DNA of 64,000 nt, from the NCBI GenBank assembly GCA_046598045.1, contig JBKJJJ010000215.1, positions 31,617 through 95,616 on the forward strand, in the 5' to 3' direction. The translations under genes were made by a program, and so were the position numbers. Positions 55,327-64,000 of the stretch are shown in pieces (the first letter of the stretch is position 1; each line of letters starts with the position of its first letter). Below the pieces are notes generated by a model. The model was not told the DNA's origin and did not search any database. It worked only from the letters and a program-made list of their open reading frames with translations. The DNA is from Candidatus Eiseniibacteriota bacterium. Its GTDB lineage: Bacteria > Eisenbacteria > RBG-16-71-46 > DASYSL01.

Positions 55327-56807
55327 ACCGCACCGCAAGATGGGTTCTCGGCGCCGTCGTCGTGATCGGCGTGGCCGCGATCGCGTGGGCCGCTGTGCGT
55401 TCGCGCGCGCCCCGGGCGGAGTTCCACGCCGTGGGCCCTTACGCCGTCGCGGTCAGCAACGAGCCTGCCACGCCGCGCACCGGCGAAAACGCATTGCGCG
55501 TCGTGGTCAAAGACGCGGACGGCAGGCCGATCCGGGGCGCCCGCGTCGAGCCGGTGGTGAGCATGCCGGCGATGGGCGCGATGCCTTACATGGAGAGCCG
55601 CGGCAAGGTCAGCGAGCCCGCGCCCGGCGAGTATCGCGTGGCGTACGGCCTCGCGATGGCGGGGGACTGGGACGTCGTGCTCAAGATCATGGCAAAGGGA
55701 GCCGAGCCGGTCGAGGGCCGTTGGCGGCTGTCGACCCACCTGCCGGATGTGGCATTCGCGGACGGGGAGCGGGCCGCGGCGGCGGACACCGGCGCAGCCT
55801 CCGCGACCATCGTGCTCGACGACGCGCGGCGGCAGGCGATCGGCGTGCGCACCGCGCTGGTCGAGCTGCGCGACGTCACCGTGCCGGTGCGCGCGCGGGG
55901 AACCGTGGTGTTCGACGAGACGGCGCGCGCCGTGGTGTCGATGCGCTACAGCGGGTGGGTCCGCACCATCGCGGCCGACTTCACGGGCAAGGCGATAAGG
56001 CGCGGCGACGTGCTGTTCACGGTCGACAGCCCCGAGATCGTGGCCGCCCAGCAGGAATATCTGACCGCGCTGCGCTTCGCGCGCGCGGACTCGACGTCGC
56101 ACGCAGCTGCGTTCGGCGGCAGCCGCGCGGCCGCGCCGACGCTCACGCTCGCGGACGCCGCGCGGCAGCGGCTCCTGTCCTGGGGCGTGACCGAGGAGCA
56201 GGTCGCCCGGGTCGCGCGCACGGGGCGGCCGGTCAACCCGCTCCCCGTACGCTCCCCGGCGAACGGCGTCGTGGTCGAGAAGTCGATCGTTGCCGGCAGC
56301 CCGTTTGCGCCCGGGCAGGTGCTGATCGCGATCGCGCGCATCGACCCGATCTGGATCGAGGCCCGCATCTACGAGGCCGACTTGCCGCTCGTCCACGTCG
56401 GGCTCGCTGCAAGGGTGGAGGATGCCGGCGGCACGCGCCGCGGGCGCGTCACGTTCGTCGCACCGTCGCTCGATGAAGGCAGCCGCACCGGGGTCGCGCG
56501 CATCGAGCTGCCGAACCCGGGCGGCGCGTTCAAGCCGGGCATGTTCGTCGACGTCACGCTCGATGCGGTGCTCGGGCGGCGGCTCGCGGTGCCGGAGGGC
56601 GCGGTCGTGCCCACCGGCACGCGACAGGTCGTGTTCGTCGACCGGGGCCGAGGGAGGCTCGAGCCGCGCGAGGTCAAAGTCGGCCCGCACGCCGGGGATT
56701 GGATCGTGATCGAGCGCGGCCTCAGCGCGGGCGAGATGGTCGTTTCCTCGGGCAACTTCCTCGTCGCCGCCGACGCGCGCCTGCGCTCGGCGCTCGGCAA
56801 GTGGTGA
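55323..56807 (+). CDS. cusB: CusB-type RND periplasmic adaptor with an N-terminal YtkA/FixH-like domain
   Basis: 'SMPAMGAMPYM...GEY...MAGDW' N-domain; 'YSGWV', 'SPEIVAAQQEYL', 'KPGMFV', 'GL..GE.VV.SGNFL'. Confidence 0.85.
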   Translation: MNRTARWVLGAVVVIGVAAIAWAAVRSRAPRAEFHAVGPYAVAVSNEPATPRTGENALRVVVKDADGRPIRGARVEPVVSMPAMGAMPYMESRGKVSEPAPGEYRVAYGLAMAGDWDVVLKIMAKGAEPVEGRWRLSTHLPDVAFADGERAAAADTGAASATIVLDDARRQAIGVRTALVELRDVTVPVRARGTVVFDETARAVVSMRYSGWVRTIAADFTGKAIRRGDVLFTVDSPEIVAAQQEYLTALRFARADSTSHAAAFGGSRAAAPTLTLADAARQRLLSWGVTEEQVARVARTGRPVNPLPVRSPANGVVVEKSIVAGSPFAPGQVLIAIARIDPIWIEARIYEADLPLVHVGLAARVEDAGGTRRGRVTFVAPSLDEGSRTGVARIELPNPGGAFKPGMFVDVTLDAVLGRRLAVPEGAVVPTGTRQVVFVDRGRGRLEPREVKVGPHAGDWIVIERGLSAGEMVVSSGNFLVAADARLRSALGKW

Positions 56808-56814
56808 GCGCGCG

Positions 56815-59800
56815 ATGATCGAACGCGTCATCGCCTTCTGCGCGCGCCGGCGCTTCGCGACCCTGATCGGGGTCGCGATCGCGTTCGCGGCGGGGCTGGT
56901 CGCGTTGTCCTCGACCACGCTCGACGCGATCCCGGACTTGTCGGACACCCAGGTGATCGTCCAGACCGAGTGGGCGGGCAAGAGCCCCGACCTGATCGAG
57001 GACCAGGTCACCTACCCGATCGTCACCACCCTGCGCGCCGCGCCCGGCGTGCGCTACGTGCGCGGGTTCTCGATGCTCGGCGACTCGTACGTCTACGTCG
57101 TGTTCAAGGACGGCGTCGACCTTTACTGGGCGCGCAGCCGCGTGCTCGAATTGCTGGCGCAGGTCGCGAGCCGGCTCCCCGAGGGCGCGACTCCGCGCCT
57201 CGGGCCCGATGCGACCGGCGTGGGCTGGGTGTTCGAGTACGCGCTGGTCGACACCAGTGGCCGCCACGACCTGGGGGACCTGCGTTCCCTTCAAGATTGG
57301 TCGGTGCGCTACCAGCTGCAGAGCGTCGACGGCGTGGCCGAGGTCGCGTCGGTCGGCGGGTTCGTCAAGCGCTTCGAGGTCGTGCTCGATCCCGCGCGGC
57401 TCGCGTCCTTCGGCGTGCCGATCTCCGAGGTTGCGGACGCGATCAAGCGCACGAGCGGCGACTCGGGCGCGGGCGTGCTCGAGGTCGCCGAGCACGAGGT
57501 GGTCGTGCGCGGGCGTGGCTACGTCACGACGCTCGCGGACCTCGCCGCCACCCCCGTGCGCGTCGGCGCGGGCGGGCAGGCGGTCACGCTCGCGCAGCTC
57601 GGCACGGTGCGCATGGGCCCCGAGCCGCGGCGCGGCATCGCGACGCTGGATGACCTGGGCGAGGTCGTCGGCGGCGTCGTGGTCATGCGGCAGGGGCAGA
57701 ATGCGCTCTCGGTGATCCAGCGGGTCAAGGCGCGGCTGGCCGAGGTCGAGCGCACGCTCCCGCCCGGCGTCAAGCTGGTCGTGACCTACGACCGCTCGAC
57801 GCTGATCGAGGATGCGGTGCACACGCTGACCAGCCGCTTGATCGAGGAGATGGTGATCGTCAGTCTCGTGATCCTGCTGTTCCTGTTCCACGTCAGGAGC
57901 GCGCTGATCCCGATCCTGTCGTTGCCGGTCGCGGTCGTGCTCGCGTTCATTCCCATGCACCTCCAGGGGCTGAACGCGAACCTGATGTCGCTCGGCGGCA
58001 TCGCGGTCGCAATCGGCGCGATGGTCGACGCCTCGATCATCATGATCGAGAATGTGCACAAGCGGCTCGAGGACTGGGAGCACGGCGGCCGCGCCGGCGC
58101 GCGCGAGGCGGTGATCGTGCATGCGCTGCAGGAGGTCGGGCGGCCGGTGTTCTTCGCGCTGCTCGTGATCGCCGTGTCCTTCCTGCCCGTGTTCACGCTC
58201 GAGGCGCAGGAGGGGCGGCTGTTCCGCCCGCTGGCGTTCACCAAGACGTGGGCGATGACGTTCGCGGCGCTGCTCGCAGTCACGCTCACCCCGGCGCTCG
58301 CGATGCTGCTGGTGCGCGGCAAGATCCGCCCCGAACGCGACCAGCCGGTGGCGCGCTTTTTCATTCGCGTGTATACGCCGGTGCTGCGCTGGACGGTGGA
58401 GCGGCGGCGCTGGGTGATCGCGGGCGCGGTGCTGTGCGTGCTGTCGACGATTCCCGCGTTCCTGTCACTTGGCGTCGAGTTCATGCCGCCGCTCAACGAG
58501 GGTACGCTGCTCTACATGCCGACCGCGCCGCCCGGCATGTCCGACACCGAGGCGTCGGTCGTGCTCCAGAAGATGGGGCGGCTGATCAAGCAGGTCCCCG
58601 AGGTCGAGCGCGTGTTCGGCAAGAGCGGCCGCGCGAAGACCGCGACCGACCCGGCGCCTCCGGGCATGGTCGAGACCGTGATCGCGCTCAAACCCGAGCG
58701 CGAGTGGCGGCCCGGCATGACGTGGGAGAAGCTCGTCGCCGAGCTCGATCGCAAGGTGCGCGTCCCCGGCATGCCGAACCTGTGGTGGATGCCGATCCAG
58801 ACGCGCAACGAGATGCTGTCGACCGGCGTGCGCAGCGCGATCGGCATCAAGGTGTTCGGCCCCGACCTCGCGACCATCGAGCGCCTGTCGCTCGCGGTCG
58901 AGGGCGCGGTCAAGGACGTCAAGGGCGTGCGCAGCGCGTTCGCCGAGCGGCTCACGGGCTCGACCTATCTCGACTTCACGGTCAAGCGCGAGGAGGCCGC
59001 GCGTTATGGCCTCACGGTCGCCGACGTCGAGGAGGCGGTCGAGGCCGCGGTCGGCGGCATGAACGCCGGCGCGACGGTCCAGGGCCGCGCACGCTACGCG
59101 ATCGCGCTGCGCTACGCGCCCGAGCTGGCGGACGGGCCCGCGGCGCTCGCGCAGGTGCTCGTGCCGACGAAGGGCGGAGCGCAGGTGCCGCTCTCGCAGG
59201 TCGCGACGCTCACCTTCGCGCCCGGGCCGCCGATGATCCAGGACGAGGACGGGCAATTGGTCGGATTGGTGTCGCTCGACGTCGCGGGCCGCCCGCTCGA
59301 CCAGGTCGTGAAGGACACCAAGCAGCGCGTCGCGGCGCACGTGCAATTGCCCGCCGGCACGCGGCTCGAGTGGGCAGGCCAGTTTCAGCACCTGACGCGC
59401 GCGCAGGGCCGGCTCGCGTGGGTCGTGCCGCTGACGCTGCTGCTCGTGTGCCTGCTGCTGTGGCTCAACCTGCGGTCGCTTCCCGAGACCGCGATCGTGC
59501 TCATGGCGGTGCCGTTCTCGCTGGTGGGGGCGGTGTGGCTGGTCTGGCTGCTGGGGTTCAACATGAGCGTCGCGGTGTGGGTCGGCATGATCGCGCTCGC
59601 GGGGCTCGACGCCGAGACCGGCACGATCATGTTGTTGTACCTGAACCTGGCTTACCGTCACCGCGTGGCCACGGGCCGGCTGCGCGACCGGAACGACCTC
59701 GCCGAGGCGATCGTCGAGGGGGCCGCACACCGCATCCGGCCCAAGCACATGACGGTCTTCGCCATCCTGCTCGGGCTCCTGCCGATCCTGTTCGGCCACG

Positions 59801-59943
59801 GGGCGGGTTCGGACGTCATGCAACGCATTGCCGCCCCCATGGTGGGAGGAGTGGTATCGTCCTTTGTACTGGAGCTGCTCGTCTATCCGGCGGTCTTTGC
59901 CTGGTGGAAGGGGCGGCATCTTCCGGAAGGAGCACCCGCATGA
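56815..59943 (+). CDS. cusA: CusA/SilA heavy-metal RND efflux pump (Cu/Ag type)
   Basis: 'DAIPDLSD.QVI', 'LGPDATGVGWV', 'GAMVDA', Met motifs 'FMPPLNEG.LLYMP', 'GMVET', 'MPIQTRNEMLSTG'. Confidence 0.95.
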   Translation: MIERVIAFCARRRFATLIGVAIAFAAGLVALSSTTLDAIPDLSDTQVIVQTEWAGKSPDLIEDQVTYPIVTTLRAAPGVRYVRGFSMLGDSYVYVVFKDGVDLYWARSRVLELLAQVASRLPEGATPRLGPDATGVGWVFEYALVDTSGRHDLGDLRSLQDWSVRYQLQSVDGVAEVASVGGFVKRFEVVLDPARLASFGVPISEVADAIKRTSGDSGAGVLEVAEHEVVVRGRGYVTTLADLAATPVRVGAGGQAVTLAQLGTVRMGPEPRRGIATLDDLGEVVGGVVVMRQGQNALSVIQRVKARLAEVERTLPPGVKLVVTYDRSTLIEDAVHTLTSRLIEEMVIVSLVILLFLFHVRSALIPILSLPVAVVLAFIPMHLQGLNANLMSLGGIAVAIGAMVDASIIMIENVHKRLEDWEHGGRAGAREAVIVHALQEVGRPVFFALLVIAVSFLPVFTLEAQEGRLFRPLAFTKTWAMTFAALLAVTLTPALAMLLVRGKIRPERDQPVARFFIRVYTPVLRWTVERRRWVIAGAVLCVLSTIPAFLSLGVEFMPPLNEGTLLYMPTAPPGMSDTEASVVLQKMGRLIKQVPEVERVFGKSGRAKTATDPAPPGMVETVIALKPEREWRPGMTWEKLVAELDRKVRVPGMPNLWWMPIQTRNEMLSTGVRSAIGIKVFGPDLATIERLSLAVEGAVKDVKGVRSAFAERLTGSTYLDFTVKREEAARYGLTVADVEEAVEAAVGGMNAGATVQGRARYAIALRYAPELADGPAALAQVLVPTKGGAQVPLSQVATLTFAPGPPMIQDEDGQLVGLVSLDVAGRPLDQVVKDTKQRVAAHVQLPAGTRLEWAGQFQHLTRAQGRLAWVVPLTLLLVCLLLWLNLRSLPETAIVLMAVPFSLVGAVWLVWLLGFNMSVAVWVGMIALAGLDAETGTIMLLYLNLAYRHRVATGRLRDRNDLAEAIVEGAAHRIRPKHMTVFAILLGLLPILFGHGAGSDVMQRIAAPMVGGVVSSFVLELLVYPAVFAWWKGRHLPEGAPA

Positions 59944-60323
59944 ACCGCAGCCATTTCAGCATCGCGCTCGTTGCCGCGCTCGCCCTCGCCCTCGCGGGCT
60001 GTGGCGGCGCCAAGACCGCTGCCCAGAAGGAGTCCCCCATGCCCATCGCCGCTGCCGGAGCGCAGGAAGTGCACCTCACCGTGACCGACGCCGGCTTCGA
60101 GCCGGCCCAGATCACGGTCGCCAAGGACCGCCCGATCACGCTGTCGGTGACGCGCAAGACCGACTCGACCTGCGCGCGCGAGATCGTGTTCAAGGAGATC
60201 GACCTGAAGCGCGACCTGCCGCTCAACCAGGAAGTGCGGATCGACCTGCCGGCGCGGGCGTCGGGCACGCTCAACTACGCCTGTGGCATGGACATGATCA
60301 AGGGCAGCCTCGTCGTCCAGTAG
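59940..60323 (+). CDS. Cupredoxin-domain lipoprotein (CupA-like copper chaperone)
   Basis: ATGA overlap; lipobox 'LAGC'; 'GFEP', 'TCA', 'YACGMDM'. Confidence 0.85.
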   Translation: MNRSHFSIALVAALALALAGCGGAKTAAQKESPMPIAAAGAQEVHLTVTDAGFEPAQITVAKDRPITLSVTRKTDSTCAREIVFKEIDLKRDLPLNQEVRIDLPARASGTLNYACGMDMIKGSLVVQ

Positions 60324-60365
60324 TCCGTCGGACCGGAGCTCGGCGGGCGTGCTAGAGTGGACGGC

Positions 60366-61190
60366 ATGAGCCTGAACGACGACGAAGACGAGGACCTCGA
60401 AGAGCTGCTGGAACAGGCCGAGACCGCGCTCGACGCGGGCGACGTGGACCGCGCGCTCGAGTTGCTCGATGACCCGGCGCACGAGGACGAGGCGCACCCC
60501 GACCTGCGCTCGATGTACGGGCTCGCGCTCTATTATGGCGGCGAGTACGAGGAGGCGTTCGACTACCTGCTCGAGGCGGTGGATCACGATCCGGACGACG
60601 CCGAGTGCCGTGGCGCGCTCGGCGTCTGTCATTTCTACCGGCTCGAGTTCGTCACCGCCGAGAAGGAACTGCGCCGCGCGATCCTGACCGAGAACGACTG
60701 GGCCGAGGCGCATTACTGGCTCGGTCGCGTGCTCGAGTACCGCGGGCGCTACCCCGAGGCGATGATCGCGTTCCAGAAAGCGCAGACGCTCGACAAGGAG
60801 CACTACCTCGCGCCGCGCCGGATTCGCGATGAGGATCTCGACGCCGTGATGCAGGAGGCGATCGCCGTGCTGCCGCCGCGCATCAAGTCGGCGGTCGACG
60901 ACGTCGCGATCCTGGTCGAGGAATATCCGACCGAGGAGCTGCTCAAGGAGACCGACCCGCCGTTCCCGCCCGACATCCTCGGCATGTTCACGGGCACCTC
61001 GCGCGCCGAGCGCGGCGCGGGCGTCTCCGGCTCGACCCCGAACACGATCCACGTCTTCCGCCGCAACATCGAGCACTTCGTCGGCGAGCGCGAGGAGGTC
61101 GTGGACGAACTCCGCGTCACGCTGCTGCACGAGATCGGGCACTACCTCGGGATGGATGAAGAGGAACTCGAGGCGCTCGGGCTGGAGTGA
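60366..61190 (+). CDS. TPR + Zincin_1 (DUF1025-like) metallopeptidase-family protein
   Basis: TPR repeats, then 'DILGMFTG', 'IHVFRRNI', 'TLLHEIGHYLG'. Confidence 0.88.
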   Translation: MSLNDDEDEDLEELLEQAETALDAGDVDRALELLDDPAHEDEAHPDLRSMYGLALYYGGEYEEAFDYLLEAVDHDPDDAECRGALGVCHFYRLEFVTAEKELRRAILTENDWAEAHYWLGRVLEYRGRYPEAMIAFQKAQTLDKEHYLAPRRIRDEDLDAVMQEAIAVLPPRIKSAVDDVAILVEEYPTEELLKETDPPFPPDILGMFTGTSRAERGAGVSGSTPNTIHVFRRNIEHFVGEREEVVDELRVTLLHEIGHYLGMDEEELEALGLE

Positions 61191-61227
61191 GGGCATCCCG
61201 GCTCGGGATCGTTCGATAGGAGGACCC

Positions 61228-61764
61228 GTGGCGTACATTCCCTACATACCCGAGGATGGGATTCCGCTGGAGGATCGGGTCCCTGACCGCGATCACATCC
61301 TTCGAATCCACGGTGTCCATCCCCGCGTCATGCGCCAGCACTTCGAGCTCTATCGCGAGCTCATGCATCACGCCGGCCCGCTTTCCCGCGAGCAACGGGA
61401 GAGCGTAGCAATCGTGATCTCCGGCGCCAATGGGTGCCACTACTGACTCGTCCACCACCGGGCGGGCCTGCGGGGCCTGCTCGAACGGGCCGGTCGGCCT
61501 GCAGGGGAGATCGAGGCCCTGGTGAGCGCGCTGGCGCGAGACTATCGGGCAGCCATTCTCACGCCAGCCGATCGGGCGATGCTCGACTACGCGGAGAAAC
61601 TGACGCTTCGTCCGGGGGCCATGACCGGAGCGGATGTCGATCAGCTTCGAACCGCGGGGTTCGACGATCTCGCAATTCACGATCTGTGCGCGATCGTGGC
61701 ATACTTCGCTTTCGTCAACCGGATCGCCGACGGTCTGGGCGTCGAATTGGAGGCGCCCCGATAG
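61228..61764 (+). CDS. AhpD/CMD peroxidase-related probable selenoprotein (C-H-Y-U)
   Basis: AGGAGG RBS and GTG; ORFs 61156..61446 and 61522..61764 share one frame separated only by TGA 61444-61446 at the second Cys position of 'NGCHY*LVHH'; SECIS-like hairpin follows. Confidence 0.85.
61459..61483 (+). promoter_or_regulatory. Bacterial SECIS-like hairpin
   Basis: CGGGCGGGCC-TGCGG-GGCCTGCTCG: 10-bp stem with two G-U pairs and a G-containing loop, starting after a 12-nt spacer from the UGA. Confidence 0.6.
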
Positions 61765-61831
61765 TCGCCGATCGCAGCGCTCGCAATCGTCGGGCCGAGG
61801 CGCTCAGGTGGCCGCAATGGGAGAGCGAACG

Positions 61832-62269
61832 ATGACCGGCGCCTCGTGGGCGATCTTCTTCGCTCGCGGGATCCTCGGGCTGATCTTCTTCATGGCGGGG
61901 TGCTGGAAAGTGTTTCAGCTCGGACCCCTCGAGCATGCCCGCCGCCTCTTCGTGGAGCCCTACGCCCATACTCTCCTGCCGACCTGGTCGCTTTGGGCCA
62001 CGGGTGCTACGGTTCCCATCGTGGAATTGCTCGCCGGTGGGCTCCTGCTCGTAGGCTGGCTCAAGCGTCCGGCGTTGATCGCGCTGGGCTTCGTGCTCCT
62101 GCTGGTGACTTTCGGCCACTTGTTGCTCGAGCCCCTCTACGCCTTCCACTCCCACGTCTTCCCGCGAGCCGTACTTCTGTTGTTCCTTCTGCTTGCGCCG
62201 AACCGACAGGATCGCCTCTCCCTGGATGACTGGCTCACGCGTCGAGCTTCGCGCGAGACCGATAAATAG
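61832..62269 (+). CDS. DoxX family membrane protein
   Basis: 'ARGILGLIFFMAG.WK', 'PIVELLAGGLLLVGW', 'LSLD'. Confidence 0.85.
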   Translation: MTGASWAIFFARGILGLIFFMAGCWKVFQLGPLEHARRLFVEPYAHTLLPTWSLWATGATVPIVELLAGGLLLVGWLKRPALIALGFVLLLVTFGHLLLEPLYAFHSHVFPRAVLLLFLLLAPNRQDRLSLDDWLTRRASRETDK

Positions 62270-62463
62270 TCGTCACTTCGCTCGACCACCCCGCGTAGAC
62301 CCCCCGGACAGCGGATGGTGGTCCCAGCGCGTCCAACCAACCACCAGTCTCCCTCAGCGGCCGAAGGACCGGGCGCGTCGGCTGATCGGGGACCCGCCGG
62401 GCCGTTCGATCGACCCGCGGCGTTTTCTCGCGTTCGTCCACTGGGAAAGCAGGAAACCCAACC

Positions 62464-64000
62464 ATGACATGCACGAACTCTGTTCGTATCGTGAGCGCGA
62501 TCTTGTCGAGTCTTGCGCTCGCAGGACTCGTCGGCGCAGCCCAGGCGCGCTCTTCCGCCGCCGACCAGCAGGCCGTTGCCCATCGCGGCGATGTTCGCGA
62601 TCTGCCACCGCCGCTGCGGGATCGGCTCGTGGAACTCGCGGGCCGTCCGCACAGCTACCTTCCGCTCACTGCGTTCGCCGAGGCGAGTTCTCCGAGTCTG
62701 CTGACCCAGTATTACCTCCTCGATACGCGGGACTTCCAACCGAACGTGTTCACCAGCCGCGTCGCTGGAATCAATGATCGGGCGATCCCAACGGGAACCG
62801 GCGCCAACGGGGGCCTGGCCACGATCGGATCGGTTCGCGTCGTGCTCGAGCCCAAGCCGGGCTTGCCGACCAACCCGAACGACGTGCGGGCTTTCATCGA
62901 CGTGTTCACCGACGTCTCAGGCCTGTTCGTCATCAACAACGAATCCGGTTGGTACGAGGGTTGGTTGATTCGGGATGTCCGCGTTCCGCCCATCGCTCCG
63001 GCGAAGCCGGATGGTTCCGCTCAGTTCGGCACGATGACGGCCGCGGATGCCGTGGCGATCGCGGCCATGGGGTCCGGCAACAACGTCTCCGGGCACATCT
63101 TCAGCACGGACGGCAATGCGGTCCACTTCCCCGCCGCGAATGACCGCTTCCCGGAGCTGCAGAGCAATGTGGTTCCGTTTCCGGTCAGTATCGGCGACTT
63201 CAATGCCCAGCAGCAGAGTGACATTCATGCCTACTGGGAATTCAACCCGGGAACGAATTGGACGTTTCCTCATCTCGAGCTTCCCGGCACCGGCGGGCTT
63301 CCCGGCACCTTCGCGGGCGGGCTTCAGTACGCGCCGCAGTTCCAGTCGCTCGTCCCGGGTTCGGGTCCCGGAGTCGGGGGACACATCAACAGCTCACAGC
63401 AGTACGGCGACAACCCCGACAATCCGCGGGATCCGGATCGGACCGAAGCATCGGATCCGTCCCAGCGTGAAACCAGGAATCGATTCATCCCCAGCAATCT
63501 GACCGAGGAGCTCCTGCTCGACGTGTTCGTTCGCGTGACCTCGTTCGAGCCGGGTGTCGGCCTGCCGCAACGGTTGCTCGATGCCTATGCAATCGAGGTT
63601 GCGAGGGTCGACCAGAACAATGACGGCGTGATCTCCTTCGTGGAGGCGGACGTGAACGGCACGTCGGACGGGTTGCCCAACACCCGACTCTACTTGCCGG
63701 TCACCGCTTTCAACCGTTTCGCCATCACGCGCGAGCTGAATGATGGATTTCTCGCGCCGCGCTTCGCCCCGAGCCAGCGCGCCTACGTGCTTGGCGGCGC
63801 CGTCACCCTCGCGGGACCGGGGATCCCGGCTTCGATACCCCAGGACGCGGACAATCGGAGCCTGCCTCCGCCCCCGGCTCAGCCGGAGGCGCTGGTGGAT
63901 CCGTCGCGCGCGCGACTCCAGTTCGCGGGCGCGAATCCGAGTACGAACGGTGGGCGGATCGACTTTTTCCTGCCGCGGAGCGGCCAGGCGCGGCTGGAAA
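62464..64000 (+). CDS. Secreted protein with an EF-hand-like loop and a FlgD/T9SS-like C-terminal domain (truncated by the window end)
   Basis: Absent from the ORF track; hand translation from ATG 62464 is open to the end; signal peptide; 'DQNNDGVISFVE'; ends 'GANPSTNGGRIDFFLPRSGQARLE'. Confidence 0.8.
   Translation, partial: MTCTNSVRIVSAILSSLALAGLVGAAQARSSAADQQAVAHRGDVRDLPPPLRDRLVELAGRPHSYLPLTAFAEASSPSLLTQYYLLDTRDFQPNVFTSRVAGINDRAIPTGTGANGGLATIGSVRVVLEPKPGLPTNPNDVRAFIDVFTDVSGLFVINNESGWYEGWLIRDVRVPPIAPAKPDGSAQFGTMTAADAVAIAAMGSGNNVSGHIFSTDGNAVHFPAANDRFPELQSNVVPFPVSIGDFNAQQQSDIHAYWEFNPGTNWTFPHLELPGTGGLPGTFAGGLQYAPQFQSLVPGSGPGVGGHINSSQQYGDNPDNPRDPDRTEASDPSQRETRNRFIPSNLTEELLLDVFVRVTSFEPGVGLPQRLLDAYAIEVARVDQNNDGVISFVEADVNGTSDGLPNTRLYLPVTAFNRFAITRELNDGFLAPRFAPSQRAYVLGGAVTLAGPGIPASIPQDADNRSLPPPPAQPEALVDPSRARLQFAGANPSTNGGRIDFFLPRSGQARLE

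Noticed and set aside
61228-61764. Pseudogene or two-gene interpretation of the AhpD-like locus
   Set aside because: The only lesion is a TGA exactly at the redox Cys position, followed by a SECIS-like hairpin; Sec recoding is more parsimonious though unproven
1-64000. CRISPR arrays, tRNA/rRNA, IS elements, prophage genes
   Set aside because: No regularly spaced repeats, cloverleafs, or transposase, integrase or phage motifs recognised by eye; short RNAs could have been missed

Overview
Very GC-rich chromosomal window of a diderm bacterium. A Fibrobacter-type LexA box and a FlgD/T9SS-like C-terminal domain suggest an FCB-related lineage such as Ca. Eisenbacteria (inference only). About 50 genes can be supported; the many long Arg/Ala/Gly-rich ORFs in the track are off-frame or antisense shadows. 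I saw no rRNA, tRNA, CRISPR array or transposase. Main content in order: acyl-CoA dehydrogenase; two ECF sigma/anti-sigma pairs flanking a Ca2+/H+ antiporter; an Agl/Glt-like proton-motor operon with a 1689-aa TPR fusion; penicillin-acylase family protein; pyk, gnd, tnaA; a DUF4160/DUF2442-type toxin-antitoxin pair; pilT plus a DUF4388/pseudo-PilT fusion under divergent sigma-54 promoters; iscS-iscA; a MacB/LolCDE-type ABC operon in which one permease looks split and fused to an AttH/CrtC-like domain; an ApbE-porin fusion with an FMN-binding partner behind a Fur-like box; a candidate sRNA; a LexA-boxed DUF6504-dinB-dnaE2 mutagenesis cassette; a cusCBA-type operon with a Cys-rich leader gene; and an AhpD-like gene with an in-frame UGA (CxxU) and a SECIS-like hairpin. 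All family assignments come from motif recognition by eye, not from database searches.
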